Below are positions 35,563-49,958 of a DNA stretch of 64,000 bases, in pieces. Position numbers and translations under genes: made by a program. Under the pieces are notes generated by a model that had not been told where the DNA came from, ran no database searches, and saw only the letters and a program-made list of their open reading frames with translations. Numbering within the stretch: the first letter of the stretch is position 1; each line of letters starts with the position of its first letter. The DNA is from Azolla caroliniana (taxonomy: Eukaryota; Plantae; Polypodiophyta), in assembly GCA_043228905.1 (NCBI GenBank), contig JBHGNT010000016.1:5518001-5582000 (forward strand). The letters run 5' to 3'.

Positions 35563-37056
35563 TCAACAAGCCATGACGGCACAATTATACAAGAAGCTAC
35601 CACTTCCTCGGGTCCTGAAATTGACAAGATTCCATTGTGGATGCGGCGCATGCGGATGCCAATCTCGGGTAGAGGCATCGAATCGGGGCCGTAAAGAGAA
35701 GATGGCAACCCCTTCCCTCGAAGAGGGCGATTCTTGGAAGCCCCCGATCACAAGAAGCTCATCCCCTAGTGCTTTAAAGGCAAAACCCCACCCATTGCAA
35801 ACATCGGTCCTCACCGGAACCGGCCCTAAGACCTTCCAAGCATTGGCTCGCTTGTCATAGCCCTTAAGGACATTGGTGGAGCTATCGATCGAATAGAGCT
35901 CGTTATCGGCAACGGCTACGAGTGGCGGGGAAGGCTCGATTTTTGGTGGGCTAGTCTCTTGACCCACATACATGTTCATGATGGTAGTCCAAGCCTTAGT
36001 GGAAGGGTCATAGACTTCGCCACTGGTGAGAGGGTTATGGTCTTTGTCCTTGCCGCCGATGACATAGAATTTGCCATCCATGAACACGGCCGAGCATTTC
36101 TGGCGAGGGGTTCGCATGGGCGGGAGGGGCTCCCAAGTGCCAGATCTAGAGTCGTACCGCTCCGCGCTATTCAAGATGGCGGGGCCCCCTGAAGATGCCC
36201 CTCCTCCTCCCGCCACGTTGAAGCCCCCTGCCACGAATGCAAATGCCCCGCAGCTAGCCGATGCAAAGAGGCATCGGGGGGTCACCATTGGGGGCCCTGC
36301 TCCCCACGTGTTGGTCACCAGATCGAACCTATAAGCCGCGAATTGGAAGGCCTCCCGGCCCAGCCAGAGTAGATGAGGCCCAGCCGATAGCGATTCCCGG
36401 TCCGAGAGTGCGAACACGGGATCCACGACCCCGTGGGCCCCTGGCAGGCTCCGCCACGTGTCGCGGGAGGGATCGTAGGCCGCCCACGCGTCGTGCCCGC
36501 TCGTGAAGATGCATACCCACCGCTCAATTACGCCGTACATGCGGCGGAGATCAAATAGGAGGGGGCTCCGCACAAGGTCCCGGTATCGGTGCCCGACCTG
36601 GGCCAATCTGGGCCGGTCCGCCAAAGACACAAAAGCTAGGCATCGTAAGGCGGTCATTTCATCGAGCCCCGGCAGAAGATCCTCCCCCATAGAGTCCGGG
36701 TCGAGTAGGAAATTGCCGGAACTGGACCTCTCTGACACCTCGGTTCGATCCGGCATCTCAATTTGGGTGGACATCTCAGTTGGCCCAATCCTAGCCCTAA
36801 AATTCCTCCTCATCTGGTCAAGCTGCTTCTTCTTCTTCTTCTTCTTCTTCTGATTCTGCTTCTCCTTACTCTTTTCATTTTCCTTCTCCTTTGTCTTCTC
36901 CTTCTCCCCCTCTACATCTACCTCTTCATGATGATAGCTATTGTCTGCTCTGTTGCACAGATTCATGGGTAGAAGCCATGGCACCATGAGCGCTTGATCC
37001 TCTTCGACGATCGAAGCTTGGCAGTGATGATGGTGGGCGATCAAATCTTGGAGCAT
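35563..37056 (-). CDS. F-box/kelch-repeat protein (SKIP11-like family), 497 aa from the first ATG
   Basis: F-box LLPGLDEMTALRCLA; kelch repeats PRCLFASAS..FVAGG..SAERYD..W, PRQKCSAVFMDGKFYVIGG..GEVYD; family-typical C-terminus FLYNCAVMAC; single exon. The ORF track start at 37113 is a TTG. Confidence 0.92.
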   Translation of the reverse strand: MLQDLIAHHHHCQASIVEEDQALMVPWLLPMNLCNRADNSYHHEEVDVEGEKEKTKEKENEKSKEKQNQKKKKKKKKQLDQMRRNFRARIGPTEMSTQIEMPDRTEVSERSSSGNFLLDPDSMGEDLLPGLDEMTALRCLAFVSLADRPRLAQVGHRYRDLVRSPLLFDLRRMYGVIERWVCIFTSGHDAWAAYDPSRDTWRSLPGAHGVVDPVFALSDRESLSAGPHLLWLGREAFQFAAYRFDLVTNTWGAGPPMVTPRCLFASASCGAFAFVAGGFNVAGGGGASSGGPAILNSAERYDSRSGTWEPLPPMRTPRQKCSAVFMDGKFYVIGGKDKDHNPLTSGEVYDPSTKAWTTIMNMYVGQETSPPKIEPSPPLVAVADNELYSIDSSTNVLKGYDKRANAWKVLGPVPVRTDVCNGWGFAFKALGDELLVIGGFQESPSSREGVAIFSLRPRFDASTRDWHPHAPHPQWNLVNFRTRGSGSFLYNCAVMAC

Positions 37057-37624
37057 GGTAAGAAAGGGAAAGGGGGGGGAGGGGATGGGAGAAGAAGAGA
37101 GAGGAAGAAACAAATTAGGGTCAGGAATGATGAGCTATAGTAGGATTAGAGAGGCAGGGGAAGAGATCAGAGGGGTGTAGGAAAGAGAAAGATAGTTGGG
37201 GCAGAGAAGCCATGGCAAGCAAATCTTGCTTTCTGTGTTCTGTTTCGGTCCTGTTGTAAAGAGAGAGTGGGAAAGGAAGAAGGGAGATAGATCCACACAG
37301 AGAGAAGAAGAGAGAGACCCACAAGGAAAGCTCTTCCTTTTGGGTATTATGGAAAGAGAGAGAGAGAGAGAGAAGAAAAGCTCTTGTTTTGAGTGTATTG
37401 GGTGTGTGGGTTTGGGGTTGGTTTGTGGGCAATTCGGATGGGCACTCACTCTTGGGTCCGTCCACCCATCCGGATCTTCGTGTGGCCGGCACCGGCCATC
37501 CCGCCTGCCCGTCTCTCTGGACAAACAACACCTTCCGATTTCGCCTCATGCTCCATGCCCAACCCCCCCCCCCCCCCTCATACTTCGATGGCGACAACAA
37601 ACTGCATTGCGAATTGTCCCATCA

Positions 37625-38201
37625 TACATCTAGTAACAACCCAATGGTCTTTCCACCCTCGTACTCTTGGCAAGGACAATGGTTGTCCTGTTAGATCCAG
37701 GGACAACCTGATGGTCCTTTGATCCTCGTACTCTTGGCCAAGACAGTGGTTGTCCTGTTAGATCAAGCGACAACCTAATGGTCTTCCGATCCTCGTACTC
37801 TTGGCAAGGACAATGGTTGTCCTATTAGATCTGGTAACAACCCGAAGGTCTTCCAACCCTCGTACTCTTGGTAGGGACAATGGTTGTCCTCTTAGATCTG
37901 GTAACAACCCGATGGTCTTCCGATCCTCGTACTCTGGTTGGGGACAATGGTTGTCCTGTTAGATCTGGTAACAACCCGATGGTCTTCCGATCCTCGTCCT
38001 CTTGGTAAGGACAATGTTTGTCTTGTTAGATCTAGTAACAACGCGATGGTCTTCCGCTCCTCGTACTCTTGGTAAGGACAATGTTTGTCTTGTTAGATCT
38101 GGTAACAACGCGATGGTCTTCCAGTCCTCGTACTCTTTGTAAGGACAATGGTTGTCTTGTTAGGTCTGGTGACAATCCGATGGTCTTCCGACCCTCATAC
38201 T
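37625..38201. repeat. Minisatellite, 67-bp unit x ~8.6, upstream of the F-box gene
   Basis: Consensus TAGATCTGGTAACAACCCGATGGTCTTCCGATCCTCGTACTCTTGGTAAGGACAATGGTTGTCCTGT with a 67-bp period (37692, 37759, 37826...). Confidence 0.95.
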
Positions 38202-41200
38202 GTCGCTAAGGGCTCTGGGCACAAACCATATTGTCCATTCAATCGTCTAGGTGTAACGTAGGGACAACAGTCCCTAACATAGGTCGTGGACGTAATCTCA
38301 AGCCAATAGTGACAAGGTGTCGACCAACATGTCCCTTGATGTGCTTGGTCTAGTTATTTAGTAAGGCCGCATGTGCATCTTACAACCTTAAACCTTATAG
38401 TGGTGAGGAAGGTGTCCTGATTACATCTATCTATCTATATATTCAATGGTAGGGTGCTACGTATCAACATCTCCTTCCTTCCATGTTTATGTGTGGGCTA
38501 GAGGTCCTGACCCCTCACTAGTGTATCGTATTTGGCATTATTTTTACTAAGTAGAATCTAGCATCAATTTTCTTGTGGTATTTCATTTCCATCAATAGAT
38601 TGTATAATCTTTTTGATCTCACATCAAGAGTTTTTATGGCTTGGTGTACTATGATTCTGAATAGTCAAGGCTATAGTTTGGAATCCACCTGGAATTCGCT
38701 TTTGCATAGTGATATTGGGGTCGTGACTTTAATTGTCGAATTAGTTACATGTATCAAGACCAATACATGGAACAACAAAAAAGCACAAGGGCAATTCTCG
38801 TGAGATCCCAGTCATTGTTAAAGAATCAATAAACATGTATGAGTTAGTGCGCGTGAAACCAAGATATAAATGATGCATAATAGGTTACTCATTAGGCTTG
38901 AGGGTAGTAATTGTCACCTCCATTGAAACTTCCCGTTATCGAAATCTTGAAGGTTGTATAGAAATAACATGAAATTTCTCTTAGATTGGTTTTTGGCTCG
39001 TTGTGCAAAATAGAAAAGCTTCATAATACTCCCGAAGAGCCCATTCGTCACATGGCTGCTATATACACACATACACTTTATTGATGCTTGACATTTTTGT
39101 TGATTTCCCATTGTTTTTGCTCTTGATTTAAGCCAACTAAAAAGAGCAATACTTTGAGAAATTGAGACAAGCACACAAAAAAAACACATGTTTTAGCTCC
39201 TAGATTGCATCATAAAATTGATTTAGTGGTGGGGAAGAAGTGATTGTAAAGTCATCTTAATTTTAATATTTCCCCATTACACCACGGATTCCTTTCTTTC
39301 CATGAATATAATGATTGATTAAGTCGAATATGCATATACACTCGTTAGCATGGCTTCTAGACATGTGTATACACTTTTTTTTATGCCCCCCATGTTCGTT
39401 AGCGTTGCCTTTTATAAGGCAAAGATGTCGTTATCAACCCTTGGGTTGTGGAAAATAAGATTTTAAAGCCGTAATTTAAGGAAGAAAGAGTGAGTTAACT
39501 ATTCAAGTAATTATCTCAAAGTAAAAAAGAAAGGAATGCTTTCACAATGAACACAACATTAGATCTGTTGTTGCTTTCGAGTTGAACCAATTTGCATAGT
39601 ATAGAGCACAACCTTTAGATCGACATTTAGAAATTTATTTTTAAATTATATTTTGTAATGGATCTAAAAGACCCCATAGCTAATTTGTTTTAATCGAATC
39701 AATCGAGCTTGATCCATCTCCAATTGCAAATATGAAGGGAACACTATCTAATTATGCTATGTGCAAAGTGTTTCTTGATTTTGCATCCGGCTTCCTTTGA
39801 CTTAAGAGAAGTAATGAGAATGATACCATTAACGTACCATGTGCATATAGATAAGATGGATTGAAGGAAGCACGTCTTAAGGCCACATTGCATCATATAA
39901 TTGATTTGGTGGTGGGGAAACACAACTTTAAAGTTGTCTTAAATTTTAATATTGCATGAGAACACCATCGATTCATTGTTCTCAATACATACTATATTCA
40001 ATGAAGTCGAAGGTGCGACTGCCCTAATAAAATTACTATGGTTTATTGTGTGTTTCATCGCGCTTCTCTTTGTCTTCTTTTGTACCATGCATGCTCCTCT
40101 TCGTTGTAGATACTCGTTCTATATGTATATGAGTTCATTATTTTGCAATGTTCTATAACAATTATATCTATAAACCACAACAGATATACATTTACAGCTT
40201 GTTCTTTACCTTCCTCATCCTTGGGATATCGCTGATAATGGTTGTTATCTTGGAAGGTTCTTTTATTGCACCAACCATTTGCAAAGATCCTACACTTTTA
40301 TGGGAACTCTTCTTGTAGAGGAAAGAAAATAACTTGGTTGTTGAGTCCGCAACATGATGATATATGTACCCTATGTCGAAGGGGTTGTTTATTTGTTCAC
40401 AAGCTTTCGTTGCAATCATTATAACAACTCCACTGGAGAGCTCATAAAGTGTGTCTTCTTTATTATATCATATGAAATAGTATGTTATAAAAAGCAAATA
40501 GTATGAACCAAGTTATGAGATTGCATTTTGTCTCGAGTGCACTAGCAATACCAATTACCTATGTATATTTCACAACATGTGGCATGTTTTTTATTGCGAA
40601 GAACTCACAAAGCCATATGCATTTTCAATAAAAACAAACTACCCTGTGTAATGAAGTCCTCTACCCCGTTCAACACACAAATGCACCTGTTCCAAATGTT
40701 TATTTATGGGCAATCCACACACTCAAATGTTCACGAGGGGCAACACCTTCCACCCAAAAGCTACTTCACATATTTCGCCTATTGTATTTAATTGCCAGAA
40801 AATACCCATCTTATGTATTTCACTTGTTCCAGATGTTTAATTCACGGACAACTCCCTCAAGAAACAAAATTGCAACCAACAAGGCGAACATTATTTATGG
40901 ACATGACAATGCAAAAGTGATTTGTGAGGCAACATGACAAATTACAATGGAGAGAGAAGCCTTGATTGCAAGAGGATAAACATTTAAAAATTCAAGAATG
41001 GAGTCCAACCGCTTTACCAAATGAGAGAATCAACCCACCTCATTTCTTTCTGATGGGCACCCATTGTTTTTGCCATAAGAAAGAAGGAAACTAGGATTGA
41101 GACCATCATAACATATAGAAGAGAGCACTTTTTTTATGACTAGTCAAAGTACTAGAAACGGTTTCCATAGAGAAAAAGCCGAAAAATGACTGCTTTCCTA

Positions 41201-44200
41201 GGATCCACATAAAACGATATTTAATGATTAAGGCCTTAACTTAGATTACTCAATATTTATACAATTCACTTCTAATGAAGCACAATGGACATGGATACAA
41301 ACAATGACATTGTAAAGTGTGAGGAAATTGAAAGAGGACATTCATTTAATCACCGTCTGATTGCCTTTTCGTGTTAAGTTATGACACACATATTTCAACT
41401 AATGGGAATAAATTAAAGCCAAAACCAGGCTTGTGCATGAAATTTTTTGTGTTGCACAATGCTAAAATCAGTGGTGAACATGTGCACCAATTAATAAAGA
41501 CAACTATGTTTTATGTTTTTTTTTATACAAAAGCTCATTGTGATTTGAATTTTCTTTTTAGTTTATACGATGGTACTCGTTAATAATAAAAAGAGAAACA
41601 CAAAAGCTAGAAGAAAAAAGAAGCAAGAGTCAAGACTTTCACCGCGACATTAGAAATGGAAGCGTAACCTTTCTAACTACGGATGTATGATTCAACGATG
41701 CAAATATTTTTTTCCTTTAGTGAAAGATAGTAATCCACGTAATGCTTTCACTCAATTTAATAACTCGTACATTTCTCTCTGCACTACAACGGATTTCTAG
41801 TTTGTTCCTTATGTTCCTCCTCTCCCATCATTCGTGTAAGGAGTTCTTTCATTTGTTAGATTCACTCTCTTTTTCATCTATGTTCCTGATCCATACGACA
41901 TGCATGTGAAGCTTTCTTTCAGTTCATTGTAAGGAACGACACTTTGTAGCTAGTCTAGGATATTTGACATACCTCAATCACATTGAGTTCTAATTGGAGA
42001 ATGGAAGATCCCATCAAACTTGCTAGTCCCATACAAATGGTATGCACGTTCGGGTACCACGACTTGGTAACACCATAAACAAACATTTTGTCTAAGATTG
42101 CTCCCCCTAGAGAACTCATCTACAGATAAATATCTTTGTTGTTCCATTTAATATCTTGCTTGGGTAGAGCCCCAATACCTTTATGGCATGGGAAAAATAT
42201 TAAAAAAGAGAGTTTATTTTACTTAGTGCAAATTTGGTTGTTCAAATATCCATATAATGCTTTTGTTCGTTCAATGATTTGTACATTTCCTTTCTTCCGT
42301 TGGGTTTCTAATCCATTCCATTCACATTTTCCTTTGCTAACATCCATGTAATGACTTGTTAACTTTATAGGTTTCTCCCTTTTACTAGTCCTTAGGGAAA
42401 AACATGTGAGGCTTTGTTCCGTGCTCTTTAACGAGGATACACGCCCCTTATATCAAGGTAAATATCAATTTGACCCTCGGTAAGATCAGAATGATCCATT
42501 TTGCCCCACTAAATGAAAGCGTAATAGAATTTAGTGATTATACATTACTGGATTTAGTGGGGTAAAATGGTGCATAATATCCTTAATATGACATATGTTT
42601 CTTATATTTATTTCTAGATATGCAAGCCAACATGGTTTTAATCATTTCTCTCGAGTCAATTGTTGCAAGACTCATTGTGGGGGTATATTTTGGTCCCAAG
42701 AAAGGCTTGTTTACAAGAAATTTATCGCTAGGACCTGTAGAGAAAATGGCAACTACATAAATATGGCACGAATAATCGAGATGCAGAATTCTAGGTTAGA
42801 GAAAGCAACAATTGCATAAACATGGCACAAAGAATCGAGACAAACAACTATTAGAATTTCATTGCAAATACATTTTTTAATGAAAGTGTGCAATGAAGTA
42901 AAGACTTTGCAAAGGACATGGAATAAGCCATACAATTTGGATGACTCAACAATAAAAGGGCATATTGTAGAAAGATAATCATGTCATCGTCCTTTGGAGA
43001 AGAAACGAAGCAATAAAGAATACCCCGTTTCATTGACGTCCCATGATTCGAACATCAAATTTGAATATGCAAAATCCTTTATCTTCTTTTACATTTGAAG
43101 GATAATTTAGTCTTTGAAAATTTTATACCAAATCGTGTAGAAACTGTAGCTGAAATTTGTTCTCACTTTCTTCAATCAAATGAGGGGAAACATATCTAAA
43201 CAACGACATTTTGAAGTTGTTTCACCTAACTTTGCCTAAGATTTCTAGGTGTACATTTGCTAAAGTAGATGAAGAAAATAGTTGTCATTGGTCAATATGA
43301 CATTGTTCTACACACAAAAAAAGGGCGGAAGTCATTTATACTTCCAATAAAAAGGGATAAAAGTGGCGATGTTTTCATTGTGAGAATCTAGAACTTAATA
43401 AAAAATTAGCATGTGATACATCTAGATATGCAATATTATATGTTAAAGAGGCCATTTTAACATTATGATCGATATTTCAAAGCCATATTGTTCATCGGCA
43501 TGTGAAATCATGTTGAATGTGTTGCAACATCCTAATGGGAAATACTGTAGAGAATGGTAAGTTAAGCACTTGTGACAATACATAACCAAGCTCTACAAAA
43601 GTAAGTACATGAAAGTTGATGATAATGCTTTTGCACCCCCAATAAGATACTAGAACATAGGGATAAAGTGGCGGCTTGCAAAACATAGATAAACATTAAA
43701 ATGTTTGACAATAGAGAAGGCAAAACATACACATGAAAATTGTTTTATAGCTCCGAAATTCTTGTAGAGACAATTACGACCATACAAACTAAATGTGCAT
43801 GATTGTTACGACCATTCCTATATATAGGGATACAAGTCATTCTAATTTGTAATATATACATATACAATAAATTATATAATGTTACAATTACGAAGTGAAG
43901 AAGAAAATAACCACTTAGGCAGTATTGGTGAAAGGACATAAATTTGCAATCATAAGTTCGCATGTCACAGAGTTCTCTCACATTGGGCAGGGGAAGAAGC
44001 ACAATCCTTCGAATTTACTTGTTTTTGAAGTAAGGTTGAAAGAAAACTCAGTTTTCCGTAGGGAAAACACACCGCATTGAGTTGTTAGTGCCCATTTATT
44101 TATGAGAAGAGAGAAGATACAAGAAGAATATATTGTTTTCAATCAATGTGTGTAAAATACTATGGTGCAAGGAAATAACTTTGCAATCTCGAAAGAGTAA

Positions 44201-46445
44201 ACAAAAACAAAAGCAATTCACCAATGTGGTGCAACCCAATGTTATTGTAAATAAAACAACAAAGAATGAAATAATATCATAGATGTATGGACTAAAAAGA
44301 AAAAAGCAAAAAGAACATCTCTATAATTGAGAAGCCGTGGACGATGATTTGCGAAATGTGTAGACACTTAAAAAGGGCGATTTCCACAATGTTTGTTCTC
44401 TTTTTCTTTTGTTTGAAGAAGCGAAAATACAAAAACTTAGACGATAGGCAATCGTAAACACCAAGTACTTCCACAATTGATAATGCGTCCAAGGAAAATA
44501 GTACATGGAATTGCTGAATGAAAACGATTATTGATTAGGAGATTGAAAGACATACCATTCGCTCGTGTGATAAGTCAACAAGTCAATCATTTGCATCTTG
44601 TGTATAAACTATTGATAACCATCCCCCCATTTAAAAAAAATTAAAATAAACGTCGAGTTGTCAACAAAATTGAAAAATGTTACAACTTACAACAATGTAT
44701 AGCCCAACTGTGGATAGTAAAATTGTGCGAGAGTTTGTATGACCCACTCAAAGCGACAAAAGGGATTCATGAAGCATTAAAATACACAATACAGGGATAA
44801 GTTTATATGGGGTTGTTAAAGGAATATTTAGACTACAAAATTTGCACTATTAAAAGAAATAAAGAAGGCTCCCATTTGTTTAATATTGCATAATTGATTC
44901 GTTTTACCGACACATATCCTAGAATTTATGTCCTTAGTTGGCTTCATTTTAAAAGGAAATTTATTTCAATGATGTTTTGTCTTTGTGGTGGTGGTGGTGG
45001 TGGTGATGGTGGTGGGGGCTATCTCATCCACAATAATATATTGTCTTTTAGATCGTTGAGACTTTACTGAGGAGTTTGAATTCTTACAATTGCTTGTACA
45101 TTTCACTAAGGAGTTTTAATCTTCAAAATCACACAGATGTCATCAATGACTTCTATTCCATCTATCTGAATGAATCTCCACCCAACAACGTTCTTATAGT
45201 TTCACTATTTGATGTTTTGTTTTGTTGTGCATCGTTCCTTAATGTTTCTCTATTTTCGTATTCATCGGTGCTTGAATATGCTCATGTCATTTAGCACACC
45301 CAAATGAAAATATATATGGAAGGAAGTTGTATACATGACAATGATTGTCTAATTGTGGCTAATTATAAGAAAACATTTCAAAGTCGGTTAATGTGTTAGT
45401 GCTATATTTTTAGTGACATTGTAGTCACACGAATTCTACGTGGTAGTCAAAGCATCTGCATTTTGGCTATTTTTCCACACCAATAATTTGCATTGTTTCT
45501 TGTAACTTAAAAGCCAATATAACAAAACCCACTTCCCTAAGTATTATTTTTCAAAGAGAGTAAAATGAGCATTTAAAAGAGTTATTAAACCCATACCGTT
45601 TGATTTGTGGTGTCACAAACTTAATTTCACCCTTAATAATGTTTAACGGGATTCGAGTCCCAAACACCACCATGATCGTCTTCTACAAACTTGGGAGAAA
45701 GTTAATACTTAAAAGTTTTCTTTAGTTTGCCTTTTTGTACTTTGATTGCCCAATTAAAGAACTATTAAGGTACAGAAGAAGAAATGGTCAATGGACAACT
45801 AGATCCATGGACAATGTTTATTTCATTGACTTTAATTTAGTTGGGACAAGTACCGATCCACATGACATAACGTGGTGTTTAACACACGACTCCCTTGAAA
45901 TTTAACACATGCATATGAAGAGGAGAAAGAAAAGGGAGACCATAATAAAGCTTATTCCATTCATATACAAAGTGTGCTTCTATGCACAACAATAATCTCT
46001 AGACTTCGATTGTTTTTTTCTATTTTAGGCTTGGTTTAGTAGGAGCAATGCTTATAGAGGAGTGGCAAGGCTCAGTTTTATCCACTCAACACATGATGCC
46101 AACTTGTTACTATAATTGTATGATTTCCCTACAAATTCACGAGAACAACATTACACATTAATGGTAGAGTTTTATTTTGACTTGGAAACACAACTCATTT
46201 GGGAGACACATTAAGTGTGTCATGCCTGTAACTCATTTACATAGGACAAATTGTATTTTCTTAGGTTGGTTTTAGATCACTTAGTAGGCAGAGGGGGATT
46301 TCATGGTTTTTGCAAACTTTTTTGAAGATGAAGAATTTAGCAAGCTCCATTGTCATGGAAAATCCAAAAGAGAAGTAGAGGTGATATTGCCATGATTGGG
46401 ATTATGATTGAGAACTTACTCAATGTACATGCATATGCAAACATG

Positions 46446-46448
<3 letters not shown>

Positions 46449-46483
<35 letters not shown>
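46449..46483. repeat. (AT)n microsatellite
   Basis: Direct reading; similar tracts at 52796-52819 and ~61296-61355. Confidence 0.95.
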
Positions 46484-46486
<3 letters not shown>

Positions 46487-47559
46487 ATGACTCATAAGCA
46501 TAGCCAATTTGCATGTTTAGATTGTATGGTTAAACATCTACAAATAAAGACACATTTGATGTTTTGATCAAGTGGGAAACATCATTCTGGTAAAGATTCT
46601 GTTTGATTGATGTTAATGATTTACAAAAAAAGTTCTTATGTTAGAGGGCACAATGCAATTAGCCCACCTCATATACAATTTACCATCATGAAAAATACTT
46701 TCACATGTATGGGGTTGATGTTACAAATTTGCATGTGACATCATGTCTTATGCAACCTTTTTGGGTTGCATTTCAATTGTTGAAAGACATCAACATATAT
46801 GCAGTTTTATAAAACGTTTTGCGGTGCTCTATCTAATTTGATGTACGACCTACCAAGAAAACTAGTCCACATACCTTCAAGTGAGTTCAAAGGACTTGAC
46901 CAACCCCTCATGAAAACATAGTAAGCACCATTATTTCTCATAACTCATGTTAGCAATTCTCACTTTTGGTACATCGTGTTGTCACCAGCAAACCTTTTCA
47001 ATTGTCAAAATGTTCCAGTGATGATTTTTGGCCACCACATTGGTTCTCCTCCACAAGCAAGTAAGCAAGCAACTTCCGTTGTATAATCCATGGTCATTCA
47101 TCAAGAAAGCCTAGAGTTTGTTGGGGGTAAACGTAATGAAGCCAAAAGAGCCTTTGAAAGACCTTTTGGAGTGGTTTGACGATTTTTTTAAAGAAGACTT
47201 CTATGGGAAGCTTGTGGAAAGGGGGGGTATAAAATCAACCAATGAACAAATCGCAATTACAATAATGGTTAATTAGAGCGAGTTGAAATTGGGAAGGTGT
47301 TATATTAGTATTAACAAATTAGTCATCACAATGTAAATCCAAAGCCAATGAGACACAACCTTGACTAGAACATGTGCCTAATTCAACTTGAGGCGACTCT
47401 TCTTAGGGCCTAATGTACATCTTGTTATAGGTAATATGTAGATGTTGTACAAGGTCTTGCTAAGGCTGCTAATCCCATTCTCCTTGATTATCTCAAGATG
47501 TTTAACACAAGTCTCTTGTTAATGGACTTTGCCAATTATTTTCTATAGAAAGTATTATG

Positions 47560-48170
47560 CGGAAGTTCTACAAAGTCTTGCTAAAGACAATAATCCCATT
47601 CTCCATCACTATCTTCTGAAGGATGTTCAACATAGTCTTAGTAATGAATCCTCTGAATTCATTTGCTCGTGAGTTATTAATACATGGTGCTTTTCTTATG
47701 GATGACCATGTAATGCTTCATCAACTCCTTGATTTCATGGTTTGGAAAGTGCCCTCCTAGGTTACTCCAACAAACATTCAAATCAATGGCATAAGAACAT
47801 TGCTATTGATGGTTTTGCATTGTTTGATACATCTATCACACTCTCCATACAATGATTAGTTACTACAAGTACTTATCAAATTCAAGTGCATGCTATTGGC
47901 CAATTAAATGCCCTCATGAAATCCAAGTGCCATTTCTAAAATTGATGGTGGCAAAATTAGTACATGTGCCATCCATGATCTTTTGTTGATTGACTTGTTG
48001 CATCTCTTGCTATGGAAATGTACATTCTTTTTTATAGTGTGCAACTTTTCCATATTGTCTAAGGGCACTTCATTGTTGTGTCTACATGTTACACCTTTGT
48101 ATGCCTCATTGAGAACCTTTTGTTTCTCCTGTTGAAAAACTCCTCTATATCAAATACCATCTGCAACTCT
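47560..48170 (-). pseudogene. Highly decayed Ty3/gypsy (Athila/Tat-like) integrase remnant
   Basis: Minus-strand fragments KRCNK (zinc finger), KWHLDFMRA (cf. KWGLDFxGP), GGHFPNHEIKEL (cf. GTHFxN), IHKKSTMY..RAN (cf. HRxSTPYYPQANG). Confidence 0.6.
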
Positions 48171-49958
48171 ATTGTAGAGTAACTTATCTAGTATGCAAAA
48201 TTTCCTATTGTATACTACCCCTCTTTAGGTCATTGCTTGTGTAGGCTCTTCTAGTAGACTTCAATTCTTAAATTTTTTGAGTATGTGGCCTACGATATCT
48301 TCTTTAGTAATTTGGATAATTATAGAAGGCAAGATGTTAGTGTGTATTTCAGAATGTCAAACCGAATGCGGTTGAGCTAGTCAAGGAGATATGGTTGATG
48401 CTCCTGCATACTCTAAGAGGTCAATCGAGAAATTTGGAACAAGGAAGAGGTCTTCACCTGTTTTGGGGATAGAATAAAATGGAGATATGCTCCACCAAGA
48501 TGGTTGTTTCTGCTCCCTGTCTTGAAAGGACCATGCATGAGGGTTTCCGCTACTAGACATGTTGATTCATGTGGGTTGGAGGATTGCAATTTATTGTATG
48601 GATTCTTTGTAGCATTTGGGCATCTTTTCATTAATACCACGGTGAATCTTGACTTTAAAAAAAATAAAAAAAAATTAGTATGATTTGCAAACACTTTGAG
48701 CACATGCTGACAAATTTTCTTGGCTCATCCTATCAATTTGGGGCATCATGTGCATACCTCTTACATCACTTCGATTTGTGTTTCCTTTCATCCGCACCTT
48801 ATCGAATTCATTTATTCCCCAAACTTCGCTCTTCATCACTTTATTTGTAATTTTTTCTTGATCATGTCCAAATTTTTTATTGATTTCTTAACTAGATTCA
48901 AATAATTGATTGAAGTAATGTTCTACATGGTTAACCAATTTAGTGTTGATAATTTTGGAGATGGTTGATAGTTCTCATCTTGTTATGTCTCCCTTGGGAC
49001 TCATATCCTCCCAATGTTGTCTTAACCGTGACGCCTCCACTTGACTCCTCTCAAGTCTTGTGTCTTATACTCTCTCCTCTTGCAATTGATTATCTATGCT
49101 TTCTACATCCCAAGGACATGCATTAGGTCCTTCTACAAGTTTTTTGGTAGCTTATTGTGGTTGCAAAAAAACAAAATGTGTATCGTTATATACATTTTGA
49201 GGGGCATAACATTACAAATACAATGGTTTCCTCATTCTTAAAGAGGATTTCAAATTTTGAGATTCTAGAGAAGACATGTCCATTCATATTCAATCCTTAC
49301 TCTTATCTTTTCATATCCTATCCTATGATGTCCTAATAAGCAAACACTCTCTATATAGTCTATTTGCACTCTGATATACTCTACAAGAGCTTAGAGCATC
49401 TCAATTTCATTTACTCAATACCATTACCGAAGTGTTGCAAGATGCTAAGATTGTTGCAAATATAAGGGGTATTTTTAAAAGGTTATTCTTACTTGCAGGC
49501 ATCCTAGTGTTTGGCATCCCTTGATTCGGATATAACATCTCCGGTGTCACTTTTTGATGCTCATGAAATTAAATTGACATTGTGTTATGGAGAAGGTATG
49601 AAATGCACGTCAAGGTAATGTTGGAAAAAGAAGTTTTTGTAATAATATAACTCATATGAGCTCATTGGCAAAAGAACACCAAAATTAAGGAATGGGATCA
49701 CACTAATTTTCCTCCTAATAATTTTAAACAAAATCTCGGACACAAAGAGTTCATTGATTGCATCTCTCTTCATGATTGATTGATTTTGTATGAGTAAAAA
49801 TGGATCTTTCATGAAAATGGTATGATTGGGAGAATTCATGGTTATACGTGGAACGTACAAGGGATGGTCAAGAATGGGCCATACATTGGTTTTAGGACCA
49901 AATAGCAACATTTTAAAAACTTGCTACTATGGGTCAAAGCTCACCAACATGGAAAACA

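Noticed and set aside
37625-38201. CRISPR array or coding repeat
   Set aside because: Contiguous tandem units without unique spacers; the 67-bp period is not a multiple of 3.
39204-39952. ~65-bp dispersed direct repeat (39204 and 39887) as LTRs of a small element
   Set aside because: No TG..CA ends, PBS, PPT or TSD.
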